From a virus: a DNA stretch of 38,532 nucleotides. The position numbers and the translations under genes are program-made. The notes under the pieces are model-generated. The model worked only from the letters and a program-made list of their open reading frames with translations. It had not been told where the DNA came from and did no database searches. The stretch is from the IMG/VR virus record IMGVR_UViG_3300028841_000391, positions 1 through 38,532 of that record; one strand, given 5' to 3'. How positions within the stretch are numbered: position 1 is the stretch's first letter; each line of letters opens with the position of its first letter. Positions 6,644-13,416 of this stretch are shown here, in pieces.

Positions 6644-7400
6644 AGCCAGCAGCGAAAAGGGTGAAAAATGGTTGAAAAATTATTTGAAAGAAAGAATTTC
6701 CGAAGGTCCCTGGAGCGCCGAACCAGACAGGCAGGAATGGAAGTACAAAGGGTTCCCGTGCCTGATTGTGCGCAATCACATGGGTGTGCTTTGCGGATAC
6801 GTTGGGGTTCCGAGTAACCACCCGTATTATCAAATGAATTATGAAGAGATTCCCTTAGAGGTGCATGGAGGACTTACGTACTCACAGCATTGTCGCGAGA
6901 ACATCTGTCACAAGCCGGCAGAGGGCGAGCCAGATGATGTGTGGTGGCTTGGTTTTGATTGTGGGCACTACGGAGACCTCATCCCCTGCTATAAGGACCT
7001 TAACCCGGACTTCGAATATCGTGACATGAACTACGTAAAGGCAGAGGTGGAAGGGCTTGCGGACCAGTTGCACGAGGCAATGAACCCATCAGAATCTCAA
7101 GAGGAAGCCGTTGATTGCAGCACCTCGCAAAGCACATCAAACGACAGCATCATTCGTAAAAGAATGGAGACTGCAATCAGCCTCCATAATGTCCTCTCTG
7201 AGAGAGGTGTTCTAGTTTCGCGGATGGATATTGATACATTGCTCGACTTGGCCATAAAAAACAAACTTCACATCATACTCCACAAACGGGAAGACCTACG
7301 AAGCACCATAGATTATGTTGATTCAACAGGGCATCTTTGCCACTTTGTCAACGAACCTGGGTGGGTGCACATTCCTAAAGATGCAAAGGAGCATTCATGA
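6633..7400 (+). CDS. Hypothetical protein, long member of the CGYVG family (His/Cys/Asp-rich core)
   Basis: ATG at 6633 behind GGAGGAAAGA. Core sequence: VRNHMGVLCGYVGVP...EVHGGLTYSQHC...DDVWWLGFDCGHYGDLIP. C-terminal helical extension. Confidence 0.7.
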   Translation: MENEASSEKGEKWLKNYLKERISEGPWSAEPDRQEWKYKGFPCLIVRNHMGVLCGYVGVPSNHPYYQMNYEEIPLEVHGGLTYSQHCRENICHKPAEGEPDDVWWLGFDCGHYGDLIPCYKDLNPDFEYRDMNYVKAEVEGLADQLHEAMNPSESQEEAVDCSTSQSTSNDSIIRKRMETAISLHNVLSERGVLVSRMDIDTLLDLAIKNKLHIILHKREDLRSTIDYVDSTGHLCHFVNEPGWVHIPKDAKEHS

Positions 7401-7885
7401 GTGAACCATGGACTGAATGGTACGAACGCGCCGAAAAAATTAAAGACAGTGAAGAACTTATGAATTTAGCCAATGATATGATGTGGAGCTTGTTTTTCAG
7501 TGCCAAGTCAAGCAATGAATTGAGCAGCTATGACCACATTTATGATTCATATGCTGAAGGGGCAGCTGCTTTGTTGCTGGCGGCCGGAAATCTCATGTCT
7601 GACAAATTAGGCCTAACAGGGTTCCAAGCAAGTTTTGCATTTTGGAGATTTGCACAACGGTGGCTGCCCATCGATGGACCTGCGGGACTGCTGAAACTGG
7701 AAGATATGCTGTATCCTCAATACAAATACAAGTTTACTGCCATCTCGCTAGATGACTGGAACTGGTTGCAAGCGGAAGCACAAAAGAGACTGAATGAGCG
7801 CGAAGGTATGCATGCGGACGTTAGAGCACACATGACCAGCATCGTTGAGGGTCATGTGCCATTTGGGTTCAAAGTTTTGCATTGA
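7397..7885 (+). CDS. Hypothetical protein
   Basis: ATGA overlap with the upstream gene; RBS AAGGAG; 162 aa. Its stop codon lies inside the TTGACA of promoter copy B. Confidence 0.7.
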   Translation: MSEPWTEWYERAEKIKDSEELMNLANDMMWSLFFSAKSSNELSSYDHIYDSYAEGAAALLLAAGNLMSDKLGLTGFQASFAFWRFAQRWLPIDGPAGLLKLEDMLYPQYKYKFTAISLDDWNWLQAEAQKRLNEREGMHADVRAHMTSIVEGHVPFGFKVLH

Positions 7886-7914
7886 CAACAATAGTATTAT
7901 GTGGCAAACTTATT
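7881..7914 (+). promoter_or_regulatory. Early promoter/operator copy B (34 bp identical to 10415-10448)
   Basis: ATTGACAACAATAGTATTATGTGGCAAACTTATT. TTGACA at 7882-7887, 17-nt spacer, TG-G-CAAACT at 7902-7910, half-site AAACTTATT at 7906-7914. GGAGGAG and an ATG at 7929 follow. Confidence 0.7.
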
Positions 7915-7928
7915 CATGTGGAGGAGCA

Positions 7929-8456
7929 ATGTTGAAAACCAGCAGGAAGGCGGATTTTCTTATCACGGTGTTGCGAGAAACTGACCTTACAGAAGAATGC
8001 AAGAGACGTTTCTTCATCGCAATCCTTAGCGATGAAACCCACGGTGTGCTTAGGCTCACTCAACCGGGCTCTGTGCAGCATGATGCCGTATTCAACGTCA
8101 TTGCTCTTCTCAAAGACAACTGCAACGACCCAAAGGTTTGGCGGGATGCAGAGGCTTCTGCATCAGCAGCAGCAGGGGTAGCAATATCGGTAGCTACAAG
8201 TGCCGCAGAAATGGCAGCAGGGGCAGCGGCACGGGCAGCTGCAAGTGCTGCAGCAGGGTCTTTAGGGGCGGCAGCATGGGCGGCCTCAGGGCACGTAGCA
8301 GCAACAGAGACAGTAGCAGCAGCAGAAGAGGCATGGGTAGCTTCAGGGCACGCAGCAGCAGAAGAGGTATGGATGGCAGCAGCAGAATACGCAGCAGAAG
8401 TACACTACTCATGGATGACTGTCACCTTCGAGCAATTGCTAAGGGAGACAAAATGA
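7929..8456 (+). CDS. Hypothetical Ala/Trp-rich helical protein, paralogue family A (A3)
   Basis: ATG at 7929 behind GGAGGAG. Carries KRRFFIAILSDETHGVL, KVW and C-terminal HYSWMTVTFEQLL. The central Ala-rich tract has an internal duplication: AWAASGHVAA..EE / AWVASGHAAAEE. Confidence 0.75.
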   Translation: MLKTSRKADFLITVLRETDLTEECKRRFFIAILSDETHGVLRLTQPGSVQHDAVFNVIALLKDNCNDPKVWRDAEASASAAAGVAISVATSAAEMAAGAAARAAASAAAGSLGAAAWAASGHVAATETVAAAEEAWVASGHAAAEEVWMAAAEYAAEVHYSWMTVTFEQLLRETK

Positions 8457-8950
8457 CCAGCTTCGAAGAAAGCAAAACAGTCGACCTTTTTCAGTTGGTG
8501 CGCAAGTTCATGGAAGAACTTCCGTTAGACATAGAAAAAGTAGAGATAGAACGCAAAGTAAATGAGAATGCTGCAACCATAACCCTACGCGTGCAGACAC
8601 CTGATAGCGATGTGGCTGCGCCCAGCCCTGCAAAGCCACTATGTGCATCTGCTTTGACAAGCATCAATGTGCAGAAGAACACGCCTCTTGGGAAAGTCTT
8701 CTGCTTAGCAACACCTAAAGTTCTGAGGCAGCTTCGTGTTTGGCCCAAATGCGGATCGTCGCTGATTACGGAACCAGACGCTTGGCCCAAAATGCTTAAG
8801 CCTTCTCCATTGAAAACTCTCGTTGTTTCGTTAACGAAAGATTTGGTCAGCCATGCAAGAACTGAAACACAAGAAGAAAAAGAAGAATTCTTTGAGCTGT
8901 TTAAAAAAATGAGAGAAAAAGTGAGAGAAATGAAAAAGGAGGAACAATGA
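8453..8950 (+). CDS. Hypothetical protein
   Basis: ATGA overlap at 8453. MTSFEESKTVDLFQLVRKF... with a Lys/Glu-rich C-terminus. The part of track ORF 8138-8950 upstream of 8453 is an alternative frame of the Ala tract. Confidence 0.6.
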   Translation: MTSFEESKTVDLFQLVRKFMEELPLDIEKVEIERKVNENAATITLRVQTPDSDVAAPSPAKPLCASALTSINVQKNTPLGKVFCLATPKVLRQLRVWPKCGSSLITEPDAWPKMLKPSPLKTLVVSLTKDLVSHARTETQEEKEEFFELFKKMREKVREMKKEEQ

Positions 8951-9153
8951 AAAAGTTTGCTACCCTACTAGCGGCCGTTGTCGTTGTCAAATTAAAACTG
9001 ATTGGTATGTCAAATTACTTGCCCATTGGTGAGGAGGCCAAGCAGGTACTGAAGGACACGCAAGGGCTTTGGGCCTGCGACCAAGGCACCACACCGGTTC
9101 TGGTGTTGCAGGATGGCGGTCTGTTTGTGGAATGCAAGAAGAAACAACCTTAG
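8947..9153 (+). CDS. Small protein with signal-peptide-like N-terminus (MKKFATLLAAV...)
   Basis: RBS AGGAGGA; ATGA overlap with the upstream gene. The N-terminus is nearly identical to that of 9604-9786. Confidence 0.6.
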   Translation: MKKFATLLAAVVVVKLKLIGMSNYLPIGEEAKQVLKDTQGLWACDQGTTPVLVLQDGGLFVECKKKQP

Positions 9154-9161
9154 GAAAGAGC

Positions 9162-9590
9162 ATGGAGACTCAAATCAAAATAAGCAACGCAATCAATGTA
9201 TCTGTTGCACGAAATCAAACTGAAGGCTTTGGGCCATTTTCATGCAAAGTGACATGTCTCATAAGTACTGAAGAAGCGGAAGCAATTTTTAAGCAAATAC
9301 CAAAAGAAGGATGCGGAGAGTTGTTTTTAAAGGTTTCCATACTTTCTATAGAATCTGGAGATTTTACGGGTCAAAAAATGTTCTTTCAAGCGTGGATTGC
9401 AGGGTTAAGGTCGGTCGGCAATGATGCAGAAATCACGTTCATAGGATATCCGAATTGGGTCAATGCGCAAAAGGCTCGCTCTGAGGCACTCGAAGACAGC
9501 ATCAGATTTTCCATGCAAACAGATAGGGAATCGTTTGAAAAAATCGAAATGGACATGAAAAGAAATTGGTTCTTACAAAATCCTACATAA
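9162..9590 (+). CDS. Hypothetical protein
   Basis: ATG at 9162 (METQIKISNAINV...), 142 aa. The upstream extension of the track ORF overlaps the preceding gene. Confidence 0.6.
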   Translation: METQIKISNAINVSVARNQTEGFGPFSCKVTCLISTEEAEAIFKQIPKEGCGELFLKVSILSIESGDFTGQKMFFQAWIAGLRSVGNDAEITFIGYPNWVNAQKARSEALEDSIRFSMQTDRESFEKIEMDMKRNWFLQNPT

Positions 9591-9603
9591 AGAAGGAGGC
9601 AGC

Positions 9604-9786
9604 ATGAAAAAGTTTGTTACCCTGTTGGCGGCAGTGACTATCATGGCAATCAGTTCTTTTGTTCAAGAACAGTACACCTCCCTATCGAATTTGGCAGGCT
9701 ACTGCCTATCTGGAGGCCGCCTCTTATTGTTAATAATGATGTTAATAAAAAAAACGACAAGCGTTCAAAAATACTCGCGTAAATAA
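9604..9786 (+). CDS. Small membrane/secreted protein (MKKFVTLLAAV...)
   Basis: RBS GAAGGAGG. Has a hydrophobic N-terminus and a second hydrophobic stretch, GRLLLLIMMLI. Confidence 0.5.
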   Translation: MKKFVTLLAAVTIMAISSFVQEQYTSLSNLAGYCLSGGRLLLLIMMLIKKTTSVQKYSRK

Positions 9787-9825
9787 AGTTGACCTCTTCT
9801 GAAATTTTGTGATATTTCACTCTTA

Positions 9826-10053
9826 ATGTCAATTGATCCAATTCAAGCGGTCAATGAGCTGCGTAAGCAGCGGTTGGCGGCTGTTGTAAGGACGTGTGAC
9901 TACTACCGCGGCAACAGCGTATGCAAGCAACCAGCGGTGTATTGGATTGACGGAAGGGTTGATTACCATGTGTGCAAGGAGCATGTACACAATCGAATCA
10001 CCTTGAAACCGTCGGTCATCAAAAAAATCACCCTCCCCTCTTCTGAAGACTGA
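9826..10053 (+). CDS. Small Cys/His-containing protein (possible zinc-binding)
   Basis: 75-aa track ORF containing C-x8-C ... HVCKEHVH. Its 3' end overlaps the convergent gene 10028-10360 by 26 nt. Confidence 0.45.
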   Translation: MSIDPIQAVNELRKQRLAAVVRTCDYYRGNSVCKQPAVYWIDGRVDYHVCKEHVHNRITLKPSVIKKITLPSSED

Positions 10054-10360
10054 TTTGCTCCATCTTTTTGATTTCCACAGAAAGCTCACGAATGGACTGC
10101 TCGAGCTTGCCGACAACGCTCATGGTGTCTTTCATGGTGGTTTTGAAAGTGTCTGACTGGTCTTTGATGATTTTTGCCTGATCTTCCCTGAACTTATTGT
10201 GAGTGTCTAGCATGGAGTGGATGCGGTCCTCTGTCATCTCATCGTGCTTGGGTAGGTAGTAGAAAAACAGAAATCCCATTGTCAGCAAGGCAACAAACGT
10301 AGGGAACCCCAGTCTCTCCACAAAATGAGCCAATTTCTGGCTGAATCTTTCTGACCTCAT
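10028..10360 (-). CDS. Bitopic membrane protein with coiled-coil ectodomain, paralogue of 38044-38328
   Basis: 110 aa: a short N-terminal tail, LGFPTFVALLTMGFLFFYYL as the TM, then a charged helical region. It shares the (R/K)LGFP-TM arrangement with 38044-38328. Confidence 0.65.
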   Translation of the reverse strand: MRSERFSQKLAHFVERLGFPTFVALLTMGFLFFYYLPKHDEMTEDRIHSMLDTHNKFREDQAKIIKDQSDTFKTTMKDTMSVVGKLEQSIRELSVEIKKMEQISLQKRGG

Positions 10361-10414
10361 CTTATTAAAAAGATAGCAGAATGTGAGAAAAATGAAAATA
10401 GTTAATCAGACACT

Positions 10415-10474
10415 ATTGACAACAATAGTATTATGTGGCAAACTTATTATAGAAACAGAGACGGAGACAACACC
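10415..10474 (+). promoter_or_regulatory. Early promoter/operator/leader copy C
   Basis: TTGACA at 10416-10421, 17-nt spacer, TG-G-CAAACT at 10436-10444, AAACTTATT at 10440-10448, leader AGAAACAGAGACGGAGACAACACC at 10451-10474. A divergent TTGTCA-N16-TATTTT on the minus strand shares the -35 core. Confidence 0.7.
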
Positions 10475-10666
10475 ATGACAAAGACAAACATCCAACACAA
10501 CCTCCAAAACGCAGCCCTGAACACCATGAGCGCCGAAGAGATGGAATTGCTGAACATCGCAACTGCCGAAATGTACTCCAACAGCGCTTTTGACCACAGC
10601 TGGGTGGATGCATATACCTGGGTGGGCGAATACGTCTTGATCAATGGCCAACTAGTCCACGCATAA
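10475..10666 (+). CDS. Small acidic protein, first gene of the recombination unit
   Basis: ATG at 10475 directly after the conserved leader. 63 aa: MTKTNIQHNLQNAALNTMSAEEMELLNIATAEMY... Confidence 0.6.
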   Translation: MTKTNIQHNLQNAALNTMSAEEMELLNIATAEMYSNSAFDHSWVDAYTWVGEYVLINGQLVHA

Positions 10667-10686
10667 CGAATTGAGGAGCAAGGAGA

Positions 10687-11313
10687 ATGGACATGCAAAA
10701 GAAAAGCCTGGCGGAAAAAATGATATCTGTGATGAAAGAATGCAGCTACATCGAAAAGGATGGCACCAACTCTTTCCACAAGTACAAATACGTCTCTTCA
10801 AATGCCGTTCTACAGAAAGTGAACGACGCCCTTGTAAACCACCGCGTGGCTTCTTTCACACGCACCAGAATCATCTCTGCTGAGGTGGCTACCACCAACA
10901 AAGGCGCGCAAGAGAAGTTTGTGACAGCCGAAGCCATCATCACACTGGTGAACGCAGACGCTTCAGAAGACAAAATGGAGATTTCCGCGATTGGCAGCGG
11001 GCAGGACGCCGGAGACAAAGCCGTAGCCAAGGCCCAGACAATGGCCATAAAATATGCCTGGACCATGACATTGAACATCTCAACGGGTGACGACCCAGAG
11101 AAAGACGAACAAACAGACCGCTCGACAAGCGCCGCGCAGAGCTTCGCTGATGAGTACGAACAAGTCTATACCAAGGAACAATACCAAAATCTTGTTGACA
11201 AAACCAAACGATTCATCTCCTCCTTTTCCGCAGCAGAGGCTACATTGCTTCGAAACGCCGCGCAGCGGGCCCAGGCCAGAATTGCGCCGCCCAAAGAGAA
11301 AGGAATGATGTAG
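10687..11313 (+). CDS. erf: ERF-family single-strand annealing protein
   Basis: SFHKYKYVSSNAVLQKVNDAL ... GSGQDAGDKAVAKAQTMAIKYAWTMTLNISTGDDPEKDE matches the ERF core pattern (KYKY...; GDKA-x-KA-x-T-x-A-x-KY...; DDPE.D). GAGGAG/AAGGAGA lies upstream. ATG at 10693 is an alternative start. Confidence 0.78.
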   Translation: MDMQKKSLAEKMISVMKECSYIEKDGTNSFHKYKYVSSNAVLQKVNDALVNHRVASFTRTRIISAEVATTNKGAQEKFVTAEAIITLVNADASEDKMEISAIGSGQDAGDKAVAKAQTMAIKYAWTMTLNISTGDDPEKDEQTDRSTSAAQSFADEYEQVYTKEQYQNLVDKTKRFISSFSAAEATLLRNAAQRAQARIAPPKEKGMM

Positions 11314-11314
11314 C

Positions 11315-11866
11315 ATGTCGAAAGTAAATATCATTGATCTTAGTTACATACCATGGTCTGAAGAGTTTCTAAAAACGGCCACCAAGGTAAGTCAGGCATT
11401 AAAATTTGACAAAGGACACATTTACTCCATCCGGAGTGCCCTCAATCGTTTTTGTATGGAAGCGCACCCAGATGAAATCTTCGACGCGCAGGCCTTTCGA
11501 AGGCACTTGGAAATCATTCGAGACCGCATCCAAGACAAGCTTCGGCAGGAGAACTCCCCCACCCTGAAGGTCATGAAGGCATATACACAGTGGAGCAAGC
11601 TAAATGCGATGTTTGGCCACATTGACGCAGCGCTTGAGACCATTGCACAACCACCCATCGCAAAAACAATCAAAATGGAGTCTGGAGAAACATTTGACGC
11701 CGACCCAGATGATTTTATACATCTTGAAGGCAACAAATGCTGGATCAACTTGGGACAAAACCGCGCCATGACTATCACGTTGCCAAGCCTTCCGCTGAAA
11801 GAGTGCGAAATGGCAAAGGCTTTGATGGCGTTTGTGCGCGTCATTCGCAAAACGGGAGAAAAATAA
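11315..11866 (+). CDS. Hypothetical protein
   Basis: 183-aa track ORF starting 1 nt after the erf stop. No motif recognised. Confidence 0.6.
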   Translation: MSKVNIIDLSYIPWSEEFLKTATKVSQALKFDKGHIYSIRSALNRFCMEAHPDEIFDAQAFRRHLEIIRDRIQDKLRQENSPTLKVMKAYTQWSKLNAMFGHIDAALETIAQPPIAKTIKMESGETFDADPDDFIHLEGNKCWINLGQNRAMTITLPSLPLKECEMAKALMAFVRVIRKTGEK

Positions 11867-11867
11867 A

Positions 11868-12512
11868 ATGACGTATCGCCTTTGTTACATCGATTCGCAT
11901 GCCGGCCCCATCAAGCGGGCGTATTTCACAAACCTGGAGCCATTTACCGAGCAGACCGGCGATGATTGGGAGGATGCTCAGTACTGGTTAAATGCCAGCC
12001 CCCCGTATGACAGCGGCGACAACCTGAAAATCGTCGTATTTGAATCACAACTCCTTGACCCACACGATTACCCCAAAAATCTTTCTATGTCCGTCGACCA
12101 GATAAACGACAAGCAAGTGCCTTGGCTCATCAACGGAGACTCTCAAGAGCCAGACAAACAAATTTACGCGGGTTGTCCGCTTGAGAAATTCAAATGTGAC
12201 ATCTGGGCGGCAGGTGGAACAATCTTTGAACCAAAAAGTTCCCCGGCAGGATATTCGACGAAAGAAACCGTTGAGCTTCATATTGCTCAACACACTGGTT
12301 TTGTGTTGAGCGATGACCCAGATGAGCCCAACGTGTTTTTTGGTCATCCAGATAGCACAAAATCGTTGCTGTGTTGGTATTTGTATACACTGCCACACAG
12401 GCTGCCCACTGTTTTTGCAAAAATGAGGTCGTTTGTTGAAGAAAATAAGGAAAAACTGCGCGAAGAAATGGGAAAACATCCCGGGTTGATTAAATTCAAG
12501 GTGAAAGCATGA
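11868..12512 (+). CDS. Hypothetical protein
   Basis: ATG at 11868 (MTYRLCYIDSHAGPIKRAYFTNLEPFTEQTGDDWEDAQYWLNASPPYD...), with GGGAGA 10 nt upstream. The upstream part of the track ORF overlaps the previous gene. Confidence 0.6.
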   Translation: MTYRLCYIDSHAGPIKRAYFTNLEPFTEQTGDDWEDAQYWLNASPPYDSGDNLKIVVFESQLLDPHDYPKNLSMSVDQINDKQVPWLINGDSQEPDKQIYAGCPLEKFKCDIWAAGGTIFEPKSSPAGYSTKETVELHIAQHTGFVLSDDPDEPNVFFGHPDSTKSLLCWYLYTLPHRLPTVFAKMRSFVEENKEKLREEMGKHPGLIKFKVKA

Positions 12513-12847
12513 ATGGCACCAAGGTACTCTCTACAGTTCTTGAGCGCAAGCAAGAGGCAATGAACAAGACGGAAAAAGAGTATCATTTCCACTTGCTCGC
12601 TCTTCAACTTGCTGGAAAGATTGTTCGGTATGACTTTGAGCCAGAGCGCTTGAGGCTTGCCAACAACACCTTTTACAGCCCTGACTTTCGGGTGATTTTT
12701 CCCGATGGTAGTGTTGAGTTTCACGAAGTAAAAGGCTACTGGCGTGACGACGCACGGGTGAAAATCAAAGTAGCTGCCGAGCTACATCCTTATCGATTTC
12801 GCGCTGTGCAAAAAGCGAAAACCGGCTGGCACTACGAAGATTTTTAA
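12509..12847 (+). CDS. DUF1064-like PD-(D/E)xK nuclease (Holliday-junction-resolvase-like)
   Basis: KTEKEYHFHLLALQLAGKIVRYDFEPERLRL...YSPDFRVIFPDGSVEFHEVKGYWRDDARVKIKVAAELHP carries the D...E-x-K core and the overall DUF1064 pattern. ATGA overlap with the upstream gene. Confidence 0.7.
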   Translation: MNGTKVLSTVLERKQEAMNKTEKEYHFHLLALQLAGKIVRYDFEPERLRLANNTFYSPDFRVIFPDGSVEFHEVKGYWRDDARVKIKVAAELHPYRFRAVQKAKTGWHYEDF

Positions 12848-12857
12848 GCCTCACCTG

Positions 12858-13127
12858 TCAGTCGTTGCACGCACATTCAATGTAGACATTCTCGTTTTCT
12901 TGGTCGATTTTCATCGGGTTTCCCGTGTAAATGCAAGCATTTCTGTATCGGCCGTCAAGAACGGCCTTGTCTTGTGGAGCAAGCACACCTTTCACGGTTT
13001 TTACCAGGGTTTTGCTCGCCCTGCATTTGGGGGCGGCGTGTACTGTGAAAAATCCATACGCAGGAAGAGACAGGCAGCAAAGGCCCATCAATACCAATTT
13101 CAATTTCTTAATGCCTACTCGTCTCAT
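12858..13127 (-). CDS. Small secreted Cys-rich protein
   Basis: Signal-peptide-like N-terminus MRRVGIKKLKLVLMGLCCLSLPAYG. The predicted mature part is about 64 aa with 4 Cys and ends ...YIECACND. ATGA overlap with the upstream gene. Confidence 0.6.
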   Translation of the reverse strand: MRRVGIKKLKLVLMGLCCLSLPAYGFFTVHAAPKCRASKTLVKTVKGVLAPQDKAVLDGRYRNACIYTGNPMKIDQENENVYIECACND

Positions 13128-13375
13128 TCACTTCTACTGCTTTCCAGTTGGGTTTCGAGGGATTCGTACACCTTCATGGCAGCCTCATACCGCACCGCAA
13201 ACGAAACAAGTTCGCCTTCAAGAGCTTTCTTGCCTTCTTCTCCAAATTTGCTTACTGCTTGCTCAGAACTCAAAATGGTGTGCAAAACTTGCATCTCGAC
13301 GGAAGCAGCCACACATTGCCGCATTGCTTCTTCTTTTGCCATTTGGGTGAGTTTGGAATCTGAAATATCCTTCAC
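13124..13375 (-). CDS. Small helical cytoplasmic protein
   Basis: I place the start at the GTG at 13375, 5 nt after GGAGG; the track uses a TTG at 13387 that lies inside this RBS. 83 aa: VKDISDSKLTQMAKEEAMRQ... Confidence 0.55.
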   Translation of the reverse strand: MKDISDSKLTQMAKEEAMRQCVAASVEMQVLHTILSSEQAVSKFGEEGKKALEGELVSFAVRYEAAMKVYESLETQLESSRSE

Positions 13376-13416
13376 GTGGACCTCCAATTAAAACATAGGT
13401 AGTTTTTTGTTAATGA

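Noticed and set aside
8138-8452. N-terminal extension of track ORF 8138-8950, and the minus ORF 8194-8412
   Set aside because: Both are alternative frames of the GCA/GCT-rich Ala tract of 7929-8456, producing Arg/Ser/Gly-rich or poly-Leu nonsense. The real downstream gene starts at the ATGA overlap at 8453.
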